Positions 18,765 through 28,033 of a DNA stretch of 64,000 nt are shown one piece after another (position 1 is the first letter of the stretch; the number at the start of each line of letters is the position of its first letter). The DNA comes from Oligoflexales bacterium (lineage in GTDB: Bacteria > Bdellovibrionota_B > Oligoflexia > Oligoflexales > CAIYRB01). The stretch covers positions 1 through 64,000 of the forward strand of contig JBGSUI010000240.1 in NCBI GenBank assembly GCA_041736175.1, read 5' to 3'. The notes beneath the pieces are model-generated. The model was not told the origin of the DNA. It saw only the letters and a program-made list of their open reading frames with translations, and did not search any database. A program made the translations under genes and the position numbers.

Positions 18765-19355
18765 ATGAAAAAAAGTATGTATGCGATCAGTGGTTTGCAA
18801 ACAGAAGCTGCACGGGAGCAAACCGACCAGGACCTCTATCTGGACGATGTATTGGATTCTGCCGGAGAGCCGGCTAGTCCGTCGACCCCCGTGGATCCGT
18901 CGGTAGAAACCGCCACCAAGGCCGATCGACTTGCCAAAATAACAGCGAGCCTCTTAAAGGACCTGGATACTGATCAGTCAGGACAGCTAAGTCTTGAAGA
19001 GTTTTTGGCGGCGCCTAAGGCTCGCGCCGAAAAGCGGCAATGTAGCAGCGATATTGCTGAAAAGATGGAGGCCAAAATGACTGAAGACTTTAAGAAATAT
19101 GCTGGTGATGACGGCCAACTTTCCAGTTCTGAGCTGACGACCTTACTCACTGAGGCAGGTCCCAGGGTCGGAAAGCACCGGAGTGAGCACCACCGTGGCG
19201 GCCATGGCCCTCGTCAAAAACAGTCTTTTTCTCAGGTGACCGACCAATTTGATGCCGATAAAGATGGAAAACTAAACCAACAAGAATTTGAGACTTGGCA
19301 GGCTTCACGGCCAACCCGCAGCGGTAAAAAACATGGTCCCGGACCCCGTCCTTAA
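18765..19355 (+). CDS. EF-hand domain protein
   Basis: DTDQSGQLSLEE, DDGQLSSSE and DADKDGKLNQQE loops. ATG at 18765 has a GAGGAG SD. Confidence 0.8.
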   Translation: MKKSMYAISGLQTEAAREQTDQDLYLDDVLDSAGEPASPSTPVDPSVETATKADRLAKITASLLKDLDTDQSGQLSLEEFLAAPKARAEKRQCSSDIAEKMEAKMTEDFKKYAGDDGQLSSSELTTLLTEAGPRVGKHRSEHHRGGHGPRQKQSFSQVTDQFDADKDGKLNQQEFETWQASRPTRSGKKHGPGPRP

Positions 19356-19373
19356 ATGATTTAATTAAAAGAC

Positions 19374-19401
19374 TCAAGTTTAAGACTGAAACTGCCGATA
19401 A
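19374..19401 (+). promoter_or_regulatory. Sigma-28-type promoter
   Basis: TCAAG-N15-GCCGATAA. Confidence 0.65.
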
Positions 19402-19481
19402 TGCCCCCGTCTTTGGGGGGCGCCATCTTGTTGCGTCGAAAAATGGTTGATCTCAGTGTTTTTTTTAGCGGAGCAGTCTTC

Positions 19482-21152
19482 ATGGTCATTCATCAGATGT
19501 TGAAGTGGATCTCTTTTATAGCCCTCATTATGGGTATCGTGCATTGCCGCACCAGCGACTTAAACCCCGTGACTTCTACCGTTACCAATATTGCAGCCAA
19601 CCAGGTCAGAAGCGAGCTAGAAAGCTGCGTAGCCATCCGGGGCAACGGTCCGAGGATTTTTGCCCACTTTGGCGCCTTGGCCCGCTACCACGAACACTAC
19701 AAACCCTTCCAAGGTCTTGCCGGTAGCAGCTCCGGGAGTATCACCAGTTTTGTCTATGAATCCATGATGAAAAACCCATTGCTGGCAACCTGTGGCTCTA
19801 AGCCCTGCACTGAAACTGACCAAAGGACAAGGCTTTCGTTTCTACTAAAATCAATTTTTATATATGTCGATGCTTTTATGGATTCTCCTGAAATCAAAGC
19901 TTTAAAATATATCTTTGACCAGGTAAGTACTATCAAAAGCAAGACATTTGATCTAGGATCATTCACCGATCTCATTAAGTCTAATCCTGATAAAGCTTGG
20001 GACGAGATGCAAACAGTCCTAGGATCACAAGAAATCAGGCCACTGGTGAATGGCAAGCTTTTTCAGATGGTGCGAGAGTCTACCAACCCGTCGTTTCATT
20101 TAAATGAGATTCAAAAATCCTTAAAGTCTTTTGGAAATTTTGAAGCGACCGATCCCAGCGTCCTACTTTTCCCAGGGTTTGTTGATTGGAATGAAATAGC
20201 GACCCGCTTTGGCAGATTAGGAGATTTTTATGCGGGGTATGGTTCCTACTACCCCCGGGACACTATGGAACAGATTTTAGCTCGTTGCTCCCAACCCATG
20301 CTTGGAAAGCCGTGGGATAATATGCAGGACATCCCTTTTTCAGAGGGAATCTCTTGCAAACAAAAGCTGATCGAAGTCATCAGCTCTTATCGCAACCGCA
20401 AAATCAAAGACCCCTCAGGGCCAAAACGTATCGAGGAAACACCGGGAGGAGCGCTGACCATCCTGATCTCGACCTCAGTCTTGACCGATGGCATGGCCAC
20501 TCAATACCAACAGGCCGCCCAAAAATACAGCAGAGGCCTGCCGTTCTCGTGGGCTCCTGATGCCTCTGGAGTCAAAGTTGGTTATTTTGCGACTCCTGAT
20601 CAAGCCAAGAAAATCCAGCGAGACCCCCTGGCCTTTACCGGACTACGGGAGGGTCGCTTTAAGGCGCTTCCCCTGACCACATGGCGGGAAATCCTACAAA
20701 CATCCCCCGCAGAACCAGGTCTCTCGGGAGTTAAAACCCTCAGGGATGGCACCCTCTCTGCCGGAGGATGGATCGACCTCACGCCGGTCTTGACTCTCAA
20801 AGCAGTAGGCTGTCAAAACACGGTGCTGTTGACCCGTCCCGTCAGCCCCGGGATCAGCGGATTTGCAGCGGGAGTCTTCCGGCTTTTAGGCGCCTCCGAG
20901 CAGCTACTCGCCGATGAGTTTGACCCCAATCCTAACCGTAATCCTCCGTCCGTCGCCTCCCAAGCCCTCGGTGCCGCGGATGCCGTTCTCTGTGCCCCAT
21001 GGGATGGGCCAAATCACCTAGACATCAAAGCGGTCAGTCAAACCGGCTATAAGGCTACCTTCTTAACCGATAGTCCCTATTGGCGGTCCAGTGCATCGGC
21101 TGATCCACAGATTGTGGGTGCGAAAGGCCGGGCATCTTGTCTTGCTCCCTAG
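19482..21152 (+). CDS. Secreted patatin-like serine hydrolase
   Basis: Signal/lipobox ending IVHC, Gly-rich GNG, nucleophile GSSSG and a distal GGWID. The start must lie downstream of the promoter, so 19401 is unlikely; the exact start is uncertain. Confidence 0.55.
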   Translation: MVIHQMLKWISFIALIMGIVHCRTSDLNPVTSTVTNIAANQVRSELESCVAIRGNGPRIFAHFGALARYHEHYKPFQGLAGSSSGSITSFVYESMMKNPLLATCGSKPCTETDQRTRLSFLLKSIFIYVDAFMDSPEIKALKYIFDQVSTIKSKTFDLGSFTDLIKSNPDKAWDEMQTVLGSQEIRPLVNGKLFQMVRESTNPSFHLNEIQKSLKSFGNFEATDPSVLLFPGFVDWNEIATRFGRLGDFYAGYGSYYPRDTMEQILARCSQPMLGKPWDNMQDIPFSEGISCKQKLIEVISSYRNRKIKDPSGPKRIEETPGGALTILISTSVLTDGMATQYQQAAQKYSRGLPFSWAPDASGVKVGYFATPDQAKKIQRDPLAFTGLREGRFKALPLTTWREILQTSPAEPGLSGVKTLRDGTLSAGGWIDLTPVLTLKAVGCQNTVLLTRPVSPGISGFAAGVFRLLGASEQLLADEFDPNPNRNPPSVASQALGAADAVLCAPWDGPNHLDIKAVSQTGYKATFLTDSPYWRSSASADPQIVGAKGRASCLAP

Positions 21153-21508
21153 GGTCGACGTTTCTTAGGTAACAGCGGTCTGACAGTGGCAAAGATCAGG
21201 TAGCCTATTTTTGCCAAGCTATAAATCACAGGCCATTTAATGATCCGCGCAGCTAGGTTATATTTGGGGATCTGCGACCAAATATGGGCAAACGCATCCA
21301 CTCCAGTCTTTACAACACCCTCCGGGGTGCGCACATGCATATGCTTTTGGACGGCAGCAGGGGTTAAGTTATATTCTTCAGCATCGAAACCTGATGCACT
21401 GATATCAACCATATCAAACAAATCTGGAGCGATGCGTTTGTAGTGGGAGATCTCCATATCACAAACGATGCAGTTGCCGTCGACAAAGATCAGTGTTTTA
21501 TTTCCCAA
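21149..21508 (-). CDS. DCC1-like thiol-disulfide oxidoreductase (DUF393)
   Basis: DGNCIVC and GVDAF..IW motifs. Confidence 0.9.
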   Translation of the reverse strand: MGNKTLIFVDGNCIVCDMEISHYKRIAPDLFDMVDISASGFDAEEYNLTPAAVQKHMHVRTPEGVVKTGVDAFAHIWSQIPKYNLAARIIKWPVIYSLAKIGYLIFATVRPLLPKKRRP

Positions 21509-21659
21509 ACAATCACCACGTTTTGATATGAATTCTAGCTATTGTCTCACCTTTTAACTTTTTTTACCTTACCAGACTCTTCTGGCAACGTCATGGGTCA
21601 TAGATTAGGAACTGGAAACCTCCCCACAAAAAAAAGCATTCCCCCCCATTACTTTGAAC

Positions 21660-21676
21660 TTGAGAATCAGTCTCAA
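21660..21676. promoter_or_regulatory. Fur-box-like palindrome TTGAGAAT-C-AGTCTCAA
   Basis: 8-1-8 inverted repeat with one mismatch, overlapping TTGAGA-N16-TATAGT upstream of the 21721 gene. Confidence 0.55.
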
Positions 21677-21720
21677 TTTGCTATAGTCCTCGTCTGACGC
21701 ATTTAGGAGGGTCTCGTCCG

Positions 21721-22932
21721 GTGGTAAAACTTATTAATTTTAGTGGCTTGCTCTTTTTTGGGTTTTTTTTGAGTGGTTTGGAAGGGCACGCCGCTCCCAC
21801 ACCCGCACCTGCTTCCACACGACCAGCCAGTCCTCAGGATATCGCTATCGTATTACCCCCGACTCCAGATCCTCAGCTGCGCATTCCGATGACCGGTGAG
21901 TTGTTCCCCGAATCCTGGTGGAATACCTCCCTGAGACTTTATGAGACCACCACTGTGGGGTCAGCCGTCTCTACTGAAAACAGTTTAAAAGACTGGCAGC
22001 TCGTATCCCTTCGGTTTGCACCGTGCCAACCCCTCATCCCCTACCTCACACCAGTCAATGATTCTTTTTGCGCCGCGGAGATACGCCTGGTGTGGCAACC
22101 CTTTTTATATGCCCGGTTGTCACAGTGGACTTACGAAGGGGACGACCGCGCCTATCATGTCACCTACCGGCTCAGGGGAACCCACGCCCTCACGCCAAGT
22201 GACAGGACAAAATATCTAGACCTGCAAAAAAATCCCAACCCGACTCCCACGCAAGTAACTCTTTATGAGTCGCTTCACCAAAAGGTGGTCGCCAAAACCC
22301 TCGGAGACCTCAAAAACCTAGCCACCGTCATCCCCGCAGACGAATTACAAGCGCGCCTTGAATTTCAAACAACCAATCTTGGTAAACAGTTTAGAGACCA
22401 ACTCGCCGCCTTTTTACGCCAGGAAGCCGTCCAAAACCAGGTCGCCGAAGTCACCGGATTTTCCCTACCGGAAGGCCGTGATCCCCCTCTCCTGGACGAC
22501 TGGGTTTTTGTCGCCTTTGCCCCGACCCAAGCCGGCGAACATCTAGACCCAAAAAATATCCTCCTCAAGTCGACCCATGATGGCCGGGTTCTAATCGACT
22601 TTGGACCTGCAACTTCGGTTTCAATGCACCAAGATGACACCCGTATCTTCGAAATGATGAGTCAGCTAGGGGAAGCGGACCAAAAAGAGGTTGCAACCCA
22701 TACCATCCTCAACTTCATAGAAAAGCGCACGAAACGGGCCTTGATTGCTGATTCTCAAGCCGTGCAAGTACCCCATACCACCTGTGGATCCTGTCATAAA
22801 CTCAATGCTCAGCCCTTTGATTTCCACAATCTGAGCTATTTTAAAAACCACAATGTGACGATCAGTCCACGGGTTCACCAAGACGTCCGTCGGGATCTCC
22901 AGTGGCTTAAGTCCCGTGGTTTGACACCTTAA
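21721..22932 (+). CDS. Secreted protein with a single CxxCH heme-binding motif
   Basis: AGGAGG SD, signal peptide, and CGSCH near the C-terminus. Confidence 0.65.
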   Translation: MVKLINFSGLLFFGFFLSGLEGHAAPTPAPASTRPASPQDIAIVLPPTPDPQLRIPMTGELFPESWWNTSLRLYETTTVGSAVSTENSLKDWQLVSLRFAPCQPLIPYLTPVNDSFCAAEIRLVWQPFLYARLSQWTYEGDDRAYHVTYRLRGTHALTPSDRTKYLDLQKNPNPTPTQVTLYESLHQKVVAKTLGDLKNLATVIPADELQARLEFQTTNLGKQFRDQLAAFLRQEAVQNQVAEVTGFSLPEGRDPPLLDDWVFVAFAPTQAGEHLDPKNILLKSTHDGRVLIDFGPATSVSMHQDDTRIFEMMSQLGEADQKEVATHTILNFIEKRTKRALIADSQAVQVPHTTCGSCHKLNAQPFDFHNLSYFKNHNVTISPRVHQDVRRDLQWLKSRGLTP

Positions 22933-23056
22933 GGTTTAGGAGACTAGGGTGTTTTATGACTCCAGTAATGGGATTTATAGTACTCGATCACAAGGGGGCA
23001 TTAATCAAATCCTCGAAAATTTAGAAACTATTTCCATAAATATCGCAATATCCTCC

Positions 23057-23083
23057 TAAAGATCTGCCGCGAATATGCCGATA
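23057..23083 (+). promoter_or_regulatory. Sigma-28-type promoter with no long downstream ORF
   Basis: TAAAG-N15-GCCGATA. Confidence 0.55.
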
Positions 23084-23089
23084 CCCCCC

Positions 23090-23195
23090 CCGCGCGTCGT
23101 GTCTCGCACTGGTTAGCAGGAGGGTAAAATGCTTGGAGACTGGGTTTACTTGGTCTTTTTTCAGGGATGATTGCCTGCAGCAGTGCCAGCCCTTC
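23090..23195 (+). ncRNA. Candidate structured small RNA or small-peptide transcript
   Basis: Long imperfect hairpin (GCACTG/CAGTGC, GCAGG/CCTGC) enclosing AGGAGG and a 13-aa ORF at 23129-23170. Confidence 0.35.
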
Positions 23196-23200
23196 CTATG

Positions 23201-24715
23201 CTAAGGCATCACATGAAACCTAAGGTACTGCTCGTCGACGGTTGTACCGTCTTTTTTCCACACAAACCTTAAGATCGACAGTCCTGGTCTAGAATCAAAC
23301 GAAAATTTCATGGTCGTAGGATCGGAAGTGGCAAACGACTTGAGGGGTGCTCCATTGAGTTCGATATCGAGGGAGATCCCCGCGCCGACCAAACCACCTT
23401 TTGGTCTTACTTCGAGTAACGTAGGGCGGCCCATAAAAACCGCTCCTTTTTGTTTGCCATCTAGGAGAACTTCAAACTGGTCCCAGCGTCCCCAGGAATT
23501 GGTTTCTATGGGTCTTTTAATCCTCGGCGGCTGTTGGTTGGGATCATAACCTGCGGATTCAGCCCATAGTTTAATCACTTCTTGGGCGTTGATGTGGGGA
23601 TTGCCCATAAACCGTGTTCCATTTGGCTGGGTCGGCTCAAAGGGAATCCAAATAAAATCTGGGTGATACTTGCGACTTTGGGAACCCGCCCATTCTCCCC
23701 CAAGGATTTCGCCCGCATCGTTGAGTTCTAAGACATAGTGCAGGTCCATTTCCTTTGTGATCAGTTGGCCTAAAACCTCTTTCTTTAGAGCCTCTGCATA
23801 CTGCATTTTAAGATTGATATAATAAAATTTGGTCGCATTGGGATTAAAAACATATTCGCCTCCAGAATTAGACACGTACTGTCTTGCGAGGGACTCTGGA
23901 ATTTCCTCCCGCTTAAGCACTTGGTAGCTAAAAGCCGGATAGTTCCAGACCTCTTCACCGAGGGAGGTATCGGTGATTAGAGGAAATTTCATTCGTCCAA
24001 TCCAGTTGGTCAAGGCCAGATGCAGTGTCCCAGGGTTGACGTCTTCGCAAACATCCATCACGCTGGGATCTGCGGATCTCTCGGGATTTAAAACACGATC
24101 GGTAGATGGATCGCCGGCCTGGTTACAGCGATTGCCGCCGATAAACTCATAGTCGGCATTCATGTAAATCTCTGCCAGCAGCGCCTTAATATCCTGTGGC
24201 GAAAAGGTCACTCCACCCCGCTGAACATTGCGAAAAGGTTCTCGCGGATGGCGGATGGCTGCCGCCGCAAATCCATTGCAGTGCCCAGCCCAGACGGGAC
24301 CTGTGGTGTGCTTTTCCACTTCCCAGGCCACCGCACGGTTTTGCCCCCCGTAAAAGGCCTCATCGTATTTTTGGAGAGGCGTCTTACCACCCACCATCAC
24401 GACATTGGTACCCCCATCCCGCTCGGGATAATAGCCGCCTGAATAGGGTTTACGCTCGGGGGACGCTGCTCCCGTCAGGGGAAGCTGATCCAGCTTATTG
24501 CTAAATATCTCGTTCCAAATCTTGAAATACAGTTTGTTGTTTTTGTTTATAAACTCTGGATCTGCGGCATAGTACTGGCTTTTGGGGGTCATCTTTGCAT
24601 CGACGATTTTTTCGCTGCCTTCTTCTTGAGTGGGAGTTTGGGCGAATTTAGTTCCAAAATCCTTACAGGACATGCTTAGCAGGGGCAACATGGTTAAAAT
24701 CGAAACGACTCCCAT
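23201..24715 (-). CDS. Transglutaminase-elicitor-like lipoprotein
   Basis: P.QKYD, WAGHCNGF, DIKALL, NPGTLH, VWNYP, GGEW and HPDFIW. A start at 24715 gives the lipobox LSMSC. Confidence 0.8.
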   Translation of the reverse strand: MGVVSILTMLPLLSMSCKDFGTKFAQTPTQEEGSEKIVDAKMTPKSQYYAADPEFINKNNKLYFKIWNEIFSNKLDQLPLTGAASPERKPYSGGYYPERDGGTNVVMVGGKTPLQKYDEAFYGGQNRAVAWEVEKHTTGPVWAGHCNGFAAAAIRHPREPFRNVQRGGVTFSPQDIKALLAEIYMNADYEFIGGNRCNQAGDPSTDRVLNPERSADPSVMDVCEDVNPGTLHLALTNWIGRMKFPLITDTSLGEEVWNYPAFSYQVLKREEIPESLARQYVSNSGGEYVFNPNATKFYYINLKMQYAEALKKEVLGQLITKEMDLHYVLELNDAGEILGGEWAGSQSRKYHPDFIWIPFEPTQPNGTRFMGNPHINAQEVIKLWAESAGYDPNQQPPRIKRPIETNSWGRWDQFEVLLDGKQKGAVFMGRPTLLEVRPKGGLVGAGISLDIELNGAPLKSFATSDPTTMKFSFDSRPGLSILRFVWKKDGTTVDEQYLRFHVMP

Positions 24716-24867
24716 AGTAAATCCGCGATGATCACCCTGTTTTGCTCGATAATTTAAAATCATGAGTTGGTTCCACATTAAAATTAAAGACCAATCCAAA
24801 ACCAGACGACTGAACACTTAATTATAAATATCATTTCTTGATGTTAGCATAATTTTCAGAAGCTTGT

Positions 24868-24893
24868 TCAAGATCTTGGCATGGACACCGAAC
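24868..24893 (+). promoter_or_regulatory. Sigma-28-type promoter
   Basis: TCAAG-N14-ACCGAAC upstream of the NHL gene. Confidence 0.45.
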
Positions 24894-24984
24894 ACCTCTT
24901 TGGTGGTTTGGTCTAGCAGGGCTTGGACCGCTCCAGATTGATCCCCATATTCACAGTACTGTTAAAGGTACGAAAGGAGGATTC

Positions 24985-26733
24985 ATGAATACCCAAAATG
25001 CGATCACGGTTCCCTGGATGTTTCTTTTAGGAAAAACCTCGACCTTTCTCCTTGTGCTCCTGGTCTTGTGCGGCATCTTGCAATCCGACTGCACCCTTGA
25101 CCCGTCCGATCGTGGGGATTCGTTAGAATATTGGAATGAAGAGCCCAACTCACTAACCAGCGCCGCTAGCCCAGCCAACCCTACCCAAATCATGGACACT
25201 CTTGTTAAGCAGCTCAGACAAATAGCCTTGCCCTTACACCATCAAAATGATCTCCAGGAGACCGTTGGCTTTAACCTTATTTTAGATTCGAAGTCGGAAT
25301 CCCTGGCTACGCCATCCCCTGTTTTGTCTTGGACTCATGATCTAAGAGCTTCCTCCTATTCCGTCGCAATCGATGATAGCGAAGAATGCTCGTCGCCCCT
25401 TTATCAGACTAAAGTGACCACGAACCAGCTTAGAGTGCCCATTTTTCTGGAAAATGGCAGCTACTGGGCATGTATCAGCGCTGTGACCTTAACCGGTGAG
25501 AGTCTAGGTTCTACAGACTCCCAGTTTAGCATCACCGCCGAGGGTGTTGGATCAGCCGAGGATTTTCTCGGGCACCAGAGCACTCCTCGCTATGGTCGGT
25601 TTAGTCCTCCCGACCAAGGGCTTGTTCAGGAGATCTTAGGGAACCACTCGACTTTCTGGAGCCGTCCAGACGCATCACAACCTTCCCCACCCTCTCAGGA
25701 CTCTGTGGGATTTTTCCGCCATTTTAGTTGGATCACCGACCCGAATGATGACTGGAAGATCAAACTCTTGGTGGTCGACCAAATATGGAATCGGCTCCTC
25801 GTCTTTTCAAAATACCCGGAATCCGACGACACCTTACCCGATCTCGTCCTGGGCCAACAGACCTTTGACGATCCCGAACCAAACCACACACTGGAGGTTT
25901 CTGCCTCGACCCTTAACCGCCCTAGCCACGTCAGCGTTTGTACAGACGGCCGTCTCCTTGTCACCGATACGGGAAATCATCGAATTCTAATCTGGAATCA
26001 GATTCCACAAGACTCCTTTGTGCCCGCAGATTTTGTGATTGGCCAAGAGAACTTTGAAACCGCCGCCTCTGGAGTGGGACCTTACAAACTAAACCAACCT
26101 GTGGCCGCATTTTGTACCCACCAAGGTATCCTGGTGTCCGATGGGGGCAATCACCGGGTTTTGCTGTTTAGTCGCCAAGACTACCGCAAAGCGCGCCTTG
26201 TGATTGGACAACCGGATTTTTTTGCCAACAAACCCTCCTGCTCCCAATCTTCCCTAGGCCGTGTGGAAGACCTTTGGATCGATGGCAATCAACTCCTTAT
26301 CGCCGATACCAGCCACCATCGGATCCTTTTCTTTGGGACTTTTCCGACCCACAATGGGGCTAAAGCCCAAAAGGTTTTAGGTCAAACCAGCTTTGAACGT
26401 TGTCTCCCCAATCAAGGTCTCCCCAACAACTCGGTCTCCAACGATACCCTCCATGAACCGAGCAGCCTAGCGATCCGCGACGGCGTCCTGGCCGTCAGCG
26501 ACCGCAAAAACAAGCGTATCCTCTTTTACCACTGGAATCATCGCTTTCCAAAAGAAGCCTATGACGTCTTCGGACAGCGGGATTTTGGCCTTATGTCAGC
26601 CACCACCAAAGCCAGCCTTTTGACCTCCCCTTTTGGACTTGGCGCGTCCGATCTCCACGGGGTCTCCTTTGTCAAAAATGGCCTTTGGACCATCGACCAA
26701 ACCATAGGCCGGTTGATAAAGCTTTCACTTTAA
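24985..26733 (+). CDS. Secreted NHL-repeat beta-propeller protein
   Basis: Repeated L.V.D..NHR.L and AD.V.GQ..F units, preceded by a signal peptide and an Ig/Fn3-like segment. Confidence 0.85.
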   Translation: MNTQNAITVPWMFLLGKTSTFLLVLLVLCGILQSDCTLDPSDRGDSLEYWNEEPNSLTSAASPANPTQIMDTLVKQLRQIALPLHHQNDLQETVGFNLILDSKSESLATPSPVLSWTHDLRASSYSVAIDDSEECSSPLYQTKVTTNQLRVPIFLENGSYWACISAVTLTGESLGSTDSQFSITAEGVGSAEDFLGHQSTPRYGRFSPPDQGLVQEILGNHSTFWSRPDASQPSPPSQDSVGFFRHFSWITDPNDDWKIKLLVVDQIWNRLLVFSKYPESDDTLPDLVLGQQTFDDPEPNHTLEVSASTLNRPSHVSVCTDGRLLVTDTGNHRILIWNQIPQDSFVPADFVIGQENFETAASGVGPYKLNQPVAAFCTHQGILVSDGGNHRVLLFSRQDYRKARLVIGQPDFFANKPSCSQSSLGRVEDLWIDGNQLLIADTSHHRILFFGTFPTHNGAKAQKVLGQTSFERCLPNQGLPNNSVSNDTLHEPSSLAIRDGVLAVSDRKNKRILFYHWNHRFPKEAYDVFGQRDFGLMSATTKASLLTSPFGLGASDLHGVSFVKNGLWTIDQTIGRLIKLSL

Positions 26734-26766
26734 ATACAAAACAGTTTATTTTCTACCACACCAGAC

Positions 26767-27195
26767 CTATTCCTGAAAACTCCCGCGGTCTACGGACTCC
26801 AGAAAAGCTGCAACATGTTGCACACCATCCCGCTGCAACATCCTGACAAGGGGCGCCTGGCCCCACTGGGGCAAAGACCGACGGATCCACGATCTCCAAT
26901 GGGTCTCTTCAGCACCCAACAGGGCGGACAGGCGGCTTGTGATCCTAACGAGGGCATCGGCCCGTTCGGCCTCTCCGTTGTAGCCGTCCACCGTTCGAGT
27001 CCCTTTTTTCATCGCCTGATAGACCCCCGACGGAACGCCCAAGACCAAGGCTGCATCGGCAGGACTCAGGCCGAGTTTGCCTGCGCTTTCTAAAGCTCGT
27101 TGGGTCAGCTCCGCCGCTTTTCCCAATTCCGTATCTCTTGCATTTCGTAGATTTCCTGGATTTTGTGGATTTCGTGGCTCTTTATTTTGCATCAA
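26767..27195 (-). CDS. Xre/MbcA/ParS-type antitoxin (DUF2384-like), orphan
   Basis: N-terminal HTH LGLSPADAALVLGV and C-terminal W......W GQAPL..M....GV..V..FL. Confidence 0.75.
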   Translation of the reverse strand: MMQNKEPRNPQNPGNLRNARDTELGKAAELTQRALESAGKLGLSPADAALVLGVPSGVYQAMKKGTRTVDGYNGEAERADALVRITSRLSALLGAEETHWRSWIRRSLPQWGQAPLVRMLQRDGVQHVAAFLESVDRGSFQE

Positions 27196-27415
27196 TTTTT
27201 CTTTCTATGGATCAAACTTGTGATTTTCCAAAGAGTTCATAGTCTAACCTGCAACATTTTTTTAGAGCTGTCACGGGTTTGTTCGGGGAGCCCCCCACCA
27301 TGCATGAGTGCAAGAGCGATCATAAAATAGACCCTTTCCCTAAAAATTGTGTACACTCCACGTCTGTGCAGTCGATCGAGACCGACTCTTGTAAACCTAT
27401 GATTTGGAGACTCCC

Positions 27416-27922
27416 ATGCTATACGATCTGCTAGTCGTTCAATTCGAACGTTCTTTACGTAATATGACGCTTATTCTTAATAAAGCGGTTGCCTATTCCG
27501 AACATAAAAAGTTTGATATCAACGTACTTCTAAACTCCCGCCTAGCTCCTGATCAGTTCAACTTTACGAGACAGATTCAGATCCTGTGTGATACTGCAAA
27601 ATTTGGCGCTGCCCGTATTACAGGCAAGGAAGCCCCCAGTTTTGAGGATAACGAAACCACCGTTGACCAGCTCAAGACCCGAATCGACAAAACTCTTAAC
27701 TACTTGCGAACATTTCAGCCCAAAGATTTTGATGGTGCCTCTGTGTGTAAAGTGACCACCCCTCGCTGGGAGGGAAAATACCTCTTTGGGACCGAATATG
27801 CGTCGCAACACGTGATTCCAAACTTTTATTTTCATATGACCACGGCCTACGCCATCCTGCGCCACAACGGCGTCGATATCGGCAAAAAAGATTTCCTTGG
27901 AGAACTCACTTTTAAAGCGTAG
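27416..27922 (+). CDS. DUF1993 family protein
   Basis: RLAPDQF, PNFYFHMTTAYAILRHNGV.IGK.DF. ATG at 27416 has a GGAG SD. Confidence 0.92.
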   Translation: MLYDLLVVQFERSLRNMTLILNKAVAYSEHKKFDINVLLNSRLAPDQFNFTRQIQILCDTAKFGAARITGKEAPSFEDNETTVDQLKTRIDKTLNYLRTFQPKDFDGASVCKVTTPRWEGKYLFGTEYASQHVIPNFYFHMTTAYAILRHNGVDIGKKDFLGELTFKA

Positions 27923-28033
27923 GGATTGCACCAGAGGGTTCTAAAAAACCAGGCTGCCCTCTCCTCATGGTGATCGTGTGAAGAGTGAGCACCAACGGGG
28001 AAATCCTGGTTAGACCTGCTGAAGGGAGACGAT

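Noticed and set aside
23105..23186. SRP RNA or 6S RNA
   Set aside because: CAGG and AGCAG are present but not arranged around a GNRA tetraloop, and the region is too short for 6S.
27923..28033. Possible riboswitch upstream of the methyltransferase
   Set aside because: Only short complementary segments, with no SAM, glycine or fluoride consensus.
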